IMG/VR virus record: IMGVR_UViG_3300028800_000079
DNA from: an uncultured virus (IMG/VR IMGVR_UViG_3300028800_000079)
Lineage: Duplodnaviria > Heunggongvirae > Uroviricota > Caudoviricetes
DNA length: 64,000 nucleotides
Reading direction: 5' to 3' (one strand)
The notes under the pieces were generated by a model. That model made no database searches and was not told the origin of the DNA. It was given only the letters and a program-made list of their open reading frames with translations. The position numbers and the translations under genes are program-made. Positions within the stretch are counted from its first letter, which is position 1. Each line of letters begins with the position of its first letter. This document shows, piece after piece, positions 49,049 through 57,259 of the stretch.

Positions 49049-49702
49049 ATGACGGCGATCTGCGATGCTTTAATCAGAGTCTGCGCTGTCCGCGTGACCA
49101 GGTTGGACGCGAACGGGAACTTCTCTCCGGGGCCGAACAACTACTACGTCACCGGGAACACGATGATGTTGACGGCGAAGCCGGTGATCGAGGCCGGGGT
49201 CGATAAGCCGCTCGTTGGCGGCTGCGACTGCATCATCGCGTTCTACCACGGCTACGACAAGCTGAAGTACTTCAACCTGGAGTTCGATGACGGCCTGGTG
49301 GAGCCGGGCCTGATCGAGATGTTGACTGGCGCTCCGGCGATCGTGGACGGCTCCGGGAACCCGATCGGGTGGAACTGGCCGAACCAGTTGGACTGTTCGC
49401 AGCCGGTGCAGCCGAACGTGGCGATCGAGGTGTGGCAGGACATGTGGGAGGACGACCACCAGAACACGACCTACCCGTATTTCCGGTACATCTGGCCTAG
49501 CTCGTACTGGCAGATGAGCGATTTCACGGCGCAGATGGACTTCAACCAGCCGAAGATCACGGCGTGGACGCGGACGAACCCGAACTGGGGTCTCGGCCCG
49601 TACGGTGATCAGCCGCAGGCGATCGCGTCCACGGGTGGCGGCTTCTACGACACCACCATCCCGACCCCGAAGTGCGGTTACGGAACCCACTCTCTGACGT
49701 AG
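49049..49702 (+). CDS. Major tail protein (putative)
   Basis: RVTRLD, VAIEVW and NPNWG.GPY; position in the tail module. Confidence 0.7.
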   Translation: MTAICDALIRVCAVRVTRLDANGNFSPGPNNYYVTGNTMMLTAKPVIEAGVDKPLVGGCDCIIAFYHGYDKLKYFNLEFDDGLVEPGLIEMLTGAPAIVDGSGNPIGWNWPNQLDCSQPVQPNVAIEVWQDMWEDDHQNTTYPYFRYIWPSSYWQMSDFTAQMDFNQPKITAWTRTNPNWGLGPYGDQPQAIASTGGGFYDTTIPTPKCGYGTHSLT

Positions 49703-49748
49703 GGAATGACGTAACAGAGCCAAAAAACGTGATACCATTGCGGGTATC

Positions 49749-50165
49749 TTGCCGACTCCTCGCAACGGTGTCTTGCGTCACGGTACGCGGAATGCGTACG
49801 AGCGACACAAGTGCCGTTGCGAGGAGTGCGAGGCTCAGAACCGGGAGCGGCATGCGAAATGGGTGGAGAAGAATCGTGAACGCAGCCGCGAGCTATCCCG
49901 CGAGTCCTACGCTCGCCATCGCGACGAGCATCGGGCTAGGAAGAAGGAGGCGTACTCCTATCTCAAAGCTATGGCCCGGAACGCTGCGCTGGCAGCGGTC
50001 CAACGCGGCGATCTTGTCCGTGGGCCGTGCGAGCAGGAAGGCTCGGACTGCGTGGGCGAGATCCAGGCGCACCATGACGACTACTCTCGCCCGCTCGATG
50101 TGCGCTGGCTTTGCAAGAGCCACCATCGCCGTCACCATCTCGCGGAGCAGCGGAAGCCTGACTAG
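49749..50165 (+). CDS. HNH-like endonuclease
   Basis: HGT..Y....CRC..C and AHHDDYSRPLDVRWLCKSHH. Confidence 0.7.
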   Translation: MPTPRNGVLRHGTRNAYERHKCRCEECEAQNRERHAKWVEKNRERSRELSRESYARHRDEHRARKKEAYSYLKAMARNAALAAVQRGDLVRGPCEQEGSDCVGEIQAHHDDYSRPLDVRWLCKSHHRRHHLAEQRKPD

Positions 50166-50177
50166 CGGAGCGGTAGC

Positions 50178-50399
50178 GTGAGCACACCGCTACCCCCGTA
50201 TCCGCCGTACGAGTCCTGTCTGGATCAGCAGGAGGCGTACTTCGCCGGGCTCCCGTCGGGGACGGTGGGCTGGATCGTGTGCGCCTACTTCGAGGGCGGC
50301 TCAACGACGGGGTGGAGCACCGACCAGTTGGGGACGCTCCCGCCCGGCTCCACACAGACGGACGTGCTGGCGGCCGTGGACGCGGCGTACGGCGGCTAG
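50178..50399 (+). CDS. Hypothetical protein
   Basis: GGAG RBS and typical codon usage. Confidence 0.5.
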   Translation: MSTPLPPYPPYESCLDQQEAYFAGLPSGTVGWIVCAYFEGGSTTGWSTDQLGTLPPGSTQTDVLAAVDAAYGG

Positions 50400-50429
50400 G
50401 CCACCCTCTACCTCGACGGTGGCGCGGCG

Positions 50430-51431
50430 TTGGAGAACGTCACGATCGTTGACGGGAACCCCGTCTACGAGTACCGGCTCGTCGGGTACGTGCAAACCCA
50501 GTACGGCCCGGTTTCGACTGCGCCGCCGATGCCGATCCTCGGCCCGACCGTCAACTGGATCACCGGCACGGACGTGGCCGCCTGCTGCGGGATCGACTAC
50601 GGCTCCAACCCGGACGTGCTCGACACCGTCGCCGTCGAAGCAGGCATGGCGCTCTACCAGCTCTCCGGGAGACAGTTCGCGGGGTTGACGTTGGCGCACG
50701 TCCGGCCGATGAACCAGGCGTGCGGCTGCTCCTGGACGAGCGGGCTCGGCCCCTGGATGTGGATGCCCGGCCCGTACAGCGGCGGCTACGCGTGGGGTGG
50801 AGGGTACGGGGCCGGATGGGGCTGGTGGAACGAGAACGGCCAGCAGATCGGCTGCAACGGCGTCTCCCGCGTGAAGCTGTCCGGCTACCCGGTCCGCCAG
50901 ATCCGGCAAGTCAAAATCAACGGCGACGTGCTCGACCCGGCCTGCTACCGGCTGGACGAGTGGCGGTACCTCACCCGCATGGACCTGCCCGGCCCCCCGC
51001 CCGTGCAGGGATGGTGGCCGTCCTGTCAGGCGATGGGACTGAACGATGACCAGCCGGGCACGTTCAGTATCGACTACGTGTGGGGGGTCCCGCCGCCACC
51101 GCTCGGCGTGCAGGCCGCCGCACAGTTGGCGTGCCAGTTGTACCTAGTCTGCATCGGTGACGCGGAGAACTGCATTCTGCCTGCGGGCGTCACGAAAGTG
51201 GACCGCCAAGGCGTGACCGTGGAGAGACAGCTTCTAGCTGACCTCTATTCCAACACGGGGACTGGCCTTGTGGCTGTGGACGCATTTCTCGCGAGCTACA
51301 ACGCCAACCGGAGTAAGATGCGCGCGAGTGTATACAGTCCGGATGTCCAGCAATACGCACGGCCGATTGCCAATACCGCTGGAGACGCTAGCTGCATCTC
51401 GGATCTCGGGATGAACAACTTCGGTGTCTAG
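50430..51431 (+). CDS. Head-to-tail adaptor
   Basis: LYQLSGRQF, WPSCQ, LACQL, LPAGVTKVDRQGVT and TGLVAVD.F resemble actinophage adaptors. Confidence 0.75.
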   Translation: MENVTIVDGNPVYEYRLVGYVQTQYGPVSTAPPMPILGPTVNWITGTDVAACCGIDYGSNPDVLDTVAVEAGMALYQLSGRQFAGLTLAHVRPMNQACGCSWTSGLGPWMWMPGPYSGGYAWGGGYGAGWGWWNENGQQIGCNGVSRVKLSGYPVRQIRQVKINGDVLDPACYRLDEWRYLTRMDLPGPPPVQGWWPSCQAMGLNDDQPGTFSIDYVWGVPPPPLGVQAAAQLACQLYLVCIGDAENCILPAGVTKVDRQGVTVERQLLADLYSNTGTGLVAVDAFLASYNANRSKMRASVYSPDVQQYARPIANTAGDASCISDLGMNNFGV

Positions 51432-52129
51432 TTCACCCACGTTCTCCGGGTTACGAGAAGCCAGATCGTGCGCATGTTGACTCCGTTCTCGTCTGCCAAT
51501 TCCAGATAGGTGATTCCACCTTTCGCGTAACGAGCGCGAATCGCATTGGCTCTTTCAAGATTTAACTTCGCGCCCTTCCCGCGTCGCAGGTTCTCTCTAT
51601 GTGTCACAGCTTCCAGATGGTATGGATTGACGCAGGAGGGATTGCGGCATAGATGGTCTACATCTAGTCCAGCGGCGATCTCACCGTAGGCGGTGATGTA
51701 GGAAAACCGATGCGACGGCACTTTCCGGAACGTTGCATAGCCGAGGCGATCAGTGCCGCCGTTCCACACCCAGCATGGCGTGGCAAATCCGCAGTCCTTC
51801 TCGTCCCAGAGATGCTGACCCCATGGAATGTGCTTCCCTCGTCCCGAATGACCACGAATGAATCGTGTTGGTTCTCCCCTCACCCATCCGAGGCTGCGTA
51901 AAGTCCGGTCCGCTATGGGGGCTGGTTTGCCGCACCCACAGAGACATAGTCCGTTCGGGTTAGGCTTTGGCGGAAGCGGGCCACGAGGCTTGTATGGCTG
52001 TTGCACCCTGACGTGATGGTGCTGTATGAACCTCTTCGACTCGCCCCTGAGGTAGCCTCTCTCTTTGGTACGAGCTACGGGAGCAGGTTGTCCGCATCCG
52101 CATTGGCAGAGTCCGCTAGGGTTCAACAT
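51428..52129 (-). CDS. HNH homing endonuclease with HTH
   Basis: Two NP.GLC.CGC repeats, CWVW and DHLCRNPSCVNPYHLEAVT..EN. Confidence 0.88.
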   Translation of the reverse strand: MLNPSGLCQCGCGQPAPVARTKERGYLRGESKRFIQHHHVRVQQPYKPRGPLPPKPNPNGLCLCGCGKPAPIADRTLRSLGWVRGEPTRFIRGHSGRGKHIPWGQHLWDEKDCGFATPCWVWNGGTDRLGYATFRKVPSHRFSYITAYGEIAAGLDVDHLCRNPSCVNPYHLEAVTHRENLRRGKGAKLNLERANAIRARYAKGGITYLELADENGVNMRTIWLLVTRRTWVN

Positions 52130-52211
52130 CCGGGGCTACTCCTTTCGTCACTGTTTGCGGTGGCCCCGTACCGGGGTCGGCGGGCGTCCACCCGCTGACC
52201 CCCAATTCTAG

Positions 52212-52304
52212 CCGGACGTTCAGGCTTACGCTCGCCCGTTCGGAAACACGGCCGGGGACGCGTCCTGTACGTCCACGCTCGGTATGGGCGACTGGGGCGT
52301 CTAG
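52212..52304 (+). pseudogene. Orphan duplicate of the adaptor gene's 3' end
   Basis: Translates PDVQAYARPFGNTAGDASCTSTLGMGDWGV*, compared with PDVQQYARPIANTAGDASCISDLGMNNFGV* at 51339-51431. Confidence 0.85.
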
Positions 52305-53217
52305 AAGTCGCCAGGCGCGACCTGAAACACGGGCAGCCCGAGCGAGCGCCACATCTCGACCACCTGGTCGCGATCGTCCAGCACGAACCGCACGTCGTAG
52401 CCGTCACGGATGTGCGCGTCGAACAGTTCCCGCTTCACGACCGCATCCTTCCGCATGTCCCCCTCGGCGCGCATGTGCAGGCTGTACTCGACCATCTCCA
52501 GAACGGGTAGATGGGTTTCGAGCCAGCGTGCGGTCACTTCCCTACATGCTTCGGTGCGGCCGGAGCAGAAGATCGGGTGGAAGCCATCCGCGATCAACGC
52601 TTGGACGCAGCGGAGGACAGGCCTGTTCGGGGCGTCCTCATGGACGCGTGTCTCATCGAACGGCGACCGGGTGCCCATGAGCGCGCAGGTGCCGTCGATG
52701 TCGATCATCACCGCGATCGGCGTCCCAGCCTTGGCGACATAAACGTCGAGACTCGCCTCGTCGGCGACCTCGTCGGGGAGCGGGAGCGGGTAGTGGGCGT
52801 TCCCGAGGAACCGTTGCGCCATCCCCAGGATCACGTCGTCACCGACAGGCTTCTCGCGGGCACGGTCACGCGCCAGACACGTTTCCACTGTCACGTCGGT
52901 CATGTCCCACACACCGTCACGTCCGCCCCTGCGAGACGGCCGATGCGGGCGATGTCGCGGGCGACTCGTTGCGGCAGATTCGTGTCGTCGCACACCACCG
53001 ACACGCCACGCTTCAACAGTGCCGCGATAGCGGCGTCCCGGACCGACTGGATCTGCCGCTCGGTGTCGTGGCCGAGCCACACCCCGTCATGGCACATGCC
53101 GCGCAACTCGTCCCGGTTCACCCGAGCGCGCGACACCGGATCCTCGGCAACCCACGCCTTCGCGCGCGTCGTCTTCCCGCACGCAGGTAAGCCACGACAG
53201 ATGACCAGTTCCGTCAC
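52301..53217 (-). pseudogene. Polynucleotide kinase/phosphatase (T4 PseT-like), split by a frameshift near 52905
   Basis: GLPACGKTT, NRDELR and DDTNL in 52900-53217; DIDGT, SGR and DDR.QVVEMW in 52301-52903. Confidence 0.8.
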
Positions 53218-54389
53218 GCGACATCCTCTGAGCGAGCGAAGGGGGCGGTAGGTGCAGGGCACGCGGCACGCCACGCCCGCAGCCGTAACTCGGCCAGCGC
53301 ACGCTCCCGCTCGCCATCCGTGACGGCGGCGGCGAGACGCATCACTTCTCGTTGGAACGCGCCCGCGTGCTCGGACACATACTCGAACCGTTCCCGTCCT
53401 GAATGGTCAGCCGCGAGAACGGCGAGCCCAGTCATCTCCGAGAACGACTCGTTCACCTGTCCGCGCGCGGTGTCGGTCACGTCGCGCACCCAGCCGTGGA
53501 ACTCGTCCGGGACGTTCTCCAGCCAGTCGCCACCGAGTGCCAACACCTCGTCGGCGCGGGCCGGGTCGATGCCGAGATAGGAACCCCAATGCTTCGGCTC
53601 CGCGATCAGGATCGCGCACGCCTGCACCGCCGCGACCTCCCACACGTTCCGGGCGTTCGTCCCCGTCAAGATCCGGTGCAACGCCACATAGTCGTCCTGC
53701 TTGATCTTCACACGCTCCCATGTCCCCTGGTAGACGACCACGACGCCTTCCGCGTTCGGGCGTGGCGGCAACCGGAGAGCGTCCGCGAGCGTGGCCGCGT
53801 CGATCTCCTCAATCCACGGCATCGCGCAATCACTCCAGGCGTAGTCGAGAGCCGGGAACCCTGTCTCGGTGACGAGAATGTCGAGCAGGATCAGGTCGTC
53901 GGTGTCGCCGTAGTCCACCACGATCCGGTTGGCTGCGTACACGATCTCGAACAAGTACGTCAACGCCGGATCCGGCATGAAGTTGCCGTAGCGGGCACGG
54001 AGAACCTGTGTGGCGTGCAACGCCTGCTCGGACATGAACGATCCGCGCGTCGCGACCGCCCAGCCATCACCAGCCGGGTAGAGGATCCCGAGCGAGCCGT
54101 CCGCCTTGTTGAACACGCGGACGGGAGCCTCCATATCCAAGCTGCCCTCGTCGTGCTCGCCGTAGTTGTGGAACTTCGGAAACGGCCGCGCCACCACCTC
54201 GCCGGACTCCACGCTGTAGATCAGGCCGCGGCACGTCCGGGTCACGTCGTCCCAGGCGCGGTCGGACTGGCACGCGGCGGTGTAGTTGAGAATCGCGAGC
54301 GGAAGCGACGGATGTCGTTGCTCGCGCACGTAGCCAGCCTCGATCCGTGCGGCGAGCAGTTCCGGGTCAACGATGTCGGCGAGAAGCAC
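53214..54389 (-). CDS. RNA ligase (Rnl1-like)
   Basis: CRGLI, RPFPKFHN, KADGSLG, ATRGSF, FEIVY..NRIVV, EGVVV and KIK. Confidence 0.88.
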   Translation of the reverse strand: MLLADIVDPELLAARIEAGYVREQRHPSLPLAILNYTAACQSDRAWDDVTRTCRGLIYSVESGEVVARPFPKFHNYGEHDEGSLDMEAPVRVFNKADGSLGILYPAGDGWAVATRGSFMSEQALHATQVLRARYGNFMPDPALTYLFEIVYAANRIVVDYGDTDDLILLDILVTETGFPALDYAWSDCAMPWIEEIDAATLADALRLPPRPNAEGVVVVYQGTWERVKIKQDDYVALHRILTGTNARNVWEVAAVQACAILIAEPKHWGSYLGIDPARADEVLALGGDWLENVPDEFHGWVRDVTDTARGQVNESFSEMTGLAVLAADHSGRERFEYVSEHAGAFQREVMRLAAAVTDGERERALAELRLRAWRAACPAPTAPFARSEDVA

Positions 54390-54395
54390 AAACGC

Positions 54396-54424
54396 ACCCT
54401 ACCACGTCTCGTATAGCTAGTCCA
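54396..54424 (-). promoter_or_regulatory. Leaderless promoter for the RNA ligase/PNK genes
   Basis: On the minus strand TGGACT-17-TAGGGT, GTG 6 nt later; spacer contains GCTATACGA. Confidence 0.55.
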
Positions 54425-54463
54425 TCACGCGGGAGTGAAACGGACTCCGATGCTTCGCGGCGT

Positions 54464-54489
54464 CTCGCGCCCCCTGCTGGTGGTTGAAT
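54464..54489 (+). promoter_or_regulatory. Putative late promoter
   Basis: CTCGCGCCC-N9-GGTTGAAT. Confidence 0.65.
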
Positions 54490-54788
54490 ACCGAGTGATG
54501 CAGGAACCCGTCACCGGCCCCGCCGCCACCGTCTACCTCGGCGCGTGGTTCTGCGCCGCACAGCGCGGGCACGGCCTGAACGCGGCCCGTGTGGCGAGGG
54601 ACGCGCACCGCTGCCGCAACACCGCCGTCCGGGGCAGGCTGGGGTTCGCGTCGAGGGTGAATCGGCCGGTGATGACGCTGCCGTCGCTGGCTCCGCACGC
54701 GGTGCGGCAGACGCGGCAGCCGAAGCCGGTACGTCGCGGACGCGTCCTTCAGGAGCGCGGCAGACCCCGACTAGCGGGGGCGGTTTAG

Positions 54789-55346
54789 GTGTCGGTGCTT
54801 GTCGGCACCAGCCCGACCGACCTGTACGTCGCCGCGCAGGACCTCCTGACGGCCGCGTCGGATGCGTGCGACACCGTCCCGGACGCGGGCACCACGAAGG
54901 GCGGACACATCGTCCGCCAGTACGTCTCGCCGGGACTACCGCCCTGGGACGGCTGCCCACAACTCACCGTCCACGTCGGGAGCGCGGTGCTCGGAGACAC
55001 GGCCCCGTTGCAGCCGCCGCTCCAGCCCGGCGTCCGCGAAGGCGCAAACCGGGCGGTGCGGCTGGTCGCGTTCACGGTCACCGTGCTCCGCTGCGTCCCC
55101 GTGATCGGCAACGTCGGCCCGAAAACCCCGTCACCGCAAACCATCTCGGATGCAGCGCAGGTGATCGACTCCGACCTGTGGGCGATCTGGAACCATCTCG
55201 CAGCCCTGAAACGGGCCGGGCTGCTGTTCCCGCCCGACAAGACGCGCGTCATGTTCTTCGACCCTGCCGTCGCGGTGAACACGTCCGGTGGCACTGGCGG
55301 CTGGCAACTTCAATTTCGAGTCGAGATGCCGTCGTACCCCTCATGA
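54789..55346 (+). CDS. Tail terminator or neck protein (putative)
   Basis: PWDGCPQL, VLRCVP and SGG.GGW; position. Confidence 0.6.
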   Translation: MSVLVGTSPTDLYVAAQDLLTAASDACDTVPDAGTTKGGHIVRQYVSPGLPPWDGCPQLTVHVGSAVLGDTAPLQPPLQPGVREGANRAVRLVAFTVTVLRCVPVIGNVGPKTPSPQTISDAAQVIDSDLWAIWNHLAALKRAGLLFPPDKTRVMFFDPAVAVNTSGGTGGWQLQFRVEMPSYPS

Positions 55347-56107
55347 CAGAGACGACCATCAGAACCTGTGAATGTGGTAAGCCGGTTGTGGCTAGAGGAT
55401 TGTGTCACTCTCATTATCGGAAGGTGATGCGTTCCGAGCCTGATGGCGGCAGGTTGCGTAAGGCGGCGACGAATCGTTTCCTGGATTCGATCTCGCATGA
55501 AGGTGAATGCTGGATTTGGGCAGCCGCCCTAGACAATGGAGGCCGCCCGAAGATTTGGTGTGAGCGTACCTTTATCCCGGCTAAGAGATTTGCCTACGAG
55601 ACATTCATTGGTCCTCTACCGACCAAATGGGTGAAGTCAGCGTGCGGGAACGTGCTCTGCGTCAATCCCGAGCACTTGAAGGTGAGCACGCATCTCGTGG
55701 GAGACGAGGAGACGAAGCCGTGCTCCAAGTGCAGGAAGGTCAAGCCGCGTTCTGAGTTCACCGTTGATGGTGGGTATCTGCGTGGGCCATGTAAGGAGTG
55801 CGAATCGAAACGAGATCATGGCGTGGCGCAGAGGAAGGCGAAAGCTAAGAAGTATGGGCTTTCTCTGGACGATTACGAGCAAATGCTGGCAGCACAAGGA
55901 GGGGTTTGCGCCATCTGTCAGAGGCCGGAGACATTCGTTACGAGGGGGACAGTTTCGTCTCTTGGTATCGACCACGATCACGAGACGGGGGTTGTCCGTG
56001 GGCTACTCTGCCGCCTCTGCAACGCTGGAATCGGTGGTCTACAAGATTCCCCTGAACTCCTAGAGCGGGCAGCGGAATACCTTCGCGGCTACGAGGTGTC
56101 GCCGTGA
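55343..56107 (+). CDS. HNH plus endonuclease VII-like homing endonuclease
   Basis: CWIW...CVNPEHL, then YGLSLDDYEQM..Q.GVCAIC...IDHDH.TG.VRGLLC..CN. Confidence 0.85.
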   Translation: MTETTIRTCECGKPVVARGLCHSHYRKVMRSEPDGGRLRKAATNRFLDSISHEGECWIWAAALDNGGRPKIWCERTFIPAKRFAYETFIGPLPTKWVKSACGNVLCVNPEHLKVSTHLVGDEETKPCSKCRKVKPRSEFTVDGGYLRGPCKECESKRDHGVAQRKAKAKKYGLSLDDYEQMLAAQGGVCAICQRPETFVTRGTVSSLGIDHDHETGVVRGLLCRLCNAGIGGLQDSPELLERAAEYLRGYEVSP

Positions 56108-56445
56108 AGTTCGAGTGGAACAGCGCCGCGTTCACGGAGTTGCTGAACGGGCCGGTGATGCAGGATCTGACGATGCGCGCGATCCGGGTGGAGGCCGCGG
56201 CGAAACAGAACGCGACCGAACGGCCAGGCCCGAGAGTGCGGACAGGACGGTTGCGCGGCTCGATTACGTGGCATCAAAACCCGGCGAGTGCAGGACAAAT
56301 GCCCTCCGTCGATATAGGAACAGCGGTGGTATATGCGCCGTTCGTGGAGTTGGGGCACAACGTCGTCAGAGGCGGGCGTGTCGTGGGCTACGCGCCTCCG
56401 AGGCCCTTCCTACGGCCCAGTCTAGAGAGTGCTCGTACGACCTAA
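56104..56445 (+). CDS. HK97 gp10-like neck protein
   Basis: VRTGRLRGSI, YAPFVELG and PRPFLRP. Confidence 0.75.
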   Translation: MKFEWNSAAFTELLNGPVMQDLTMRAIRVEAAAKQNATERPGPRVRTGRLRGSITWHQNPASAGQMPSVDIGTAVVYAPFVELGHNVVRGGRVVGYAPPRPFLRPSLESARTT

Positions 56446-56474
56446 ATGCCGAACCGAAGTAAGGAGCAGACACG

Positions 56475-56954
56475 ATGGCAGCAGTACCCGGATTGGCGAT
56501 GGACTTCGATGTGGCGCGCAAGCAGCGCGCTACCCGCGACGCCAGGGATAGGGCGAAGCGGACGTTCCGGATCGGCGGCGAGACGTTCGTGTGGTCGCCG
56601 GTCGCGCGCCCGGAAGCGCTCACGGTATTGACGACGATCCGGCCGGGGAAACGCAACCCGGACGGCAGCTACGTCCTCGACGCGGACGGCGAGCCTGTCG
56701 ATCGCGGCACACCGCTGCACGAGAGCGTGGAGATCATCGACGGGATCATCGAGGACCTGATCGAGGACGGCGACGACGCGCACACGCGCTGGCGTGAGCT
56801 TCGCACCCGCAAAGTCGATCCGATCACGCTGGAAGACATGCAGGAGCTGGTGCAGTGGCTGATCGTGCAGGTGGCGAACCGAACCCCTACTCAGCCGTCC
56901 TCGCCCTCCACCAATGGGCGTGGACGAACCGCAACAGCCTCGAAGGACGCCTGA
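56475..56954 (+). CDS. Tail assembly chaperone
   Basis: AAGGAG RBS; position before the tape measure; ends RTPTQPSS. Confidence 0.65.
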   Translation: MAAVPGLAMDFDVARKQRATRDARDRAKRTFRIGGETFVWSPVARPEALTVLTTIRPGKRNPDGSYVLDADGEPVDRGTPLHESVEIIDGIIEDLIEDGDDAHTRWRELRTRKVDPITLEDMQELVQWLIVQVANRTPTQPSSPSTNGRGRTATASKDA

Positions 56955-57211
56955 TCCTTGCCGGGCGGGAAGGGATAGACGACTTGACGCTCCGCCAGTT
57001 CGTGAACGTCGCCTACGTCGCGTTGACCGAGAACGCCCACCACACAAAGGAGGGCCAGGACGCGAAGCGGAAGCTCGACATGACGTTGTCGATGCAGCCT
57101 GCGACGGGGATGCTCGGCCAGCCGAACCGGAGGCACGCCGCGAAGAGTGTCGGCACCGACTCGCTGATGGCGCTGATGGGCGCACCCCCCGGAGCACCCG
57201 TTGCACCGTAG
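56855..57211 (+). CDS. Tail assembly chaperone, -1-frame extension
   Basis: Overlapping ORF in the -1 frame, no obvious RBS, directly before the tape measure gene. Confidence 0.5.
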   Translation: MADRAGGEPNPYSAVLALHQWAWTNRNSLEGRLILAGREGIDDLTLRQFVNVAYVALTENAHHTKEGQDAKRKLDMTLSMQPATGMLGQPNRRHAAKSVGTDSLMALMGAPPGAPVAP

Positions 57212-57259
57212 TCCGATTCACTCCCGCGTGAGACTCACTCTTAGGTTGAGGGTTAGCTG

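Noticed and set aside
54545..55342. N-terminal extension of the 520-aa ORF
   Set aside because: Overlaps the tail gene 54789-55346; the HNH starts at the ATGA overlap at 55343.
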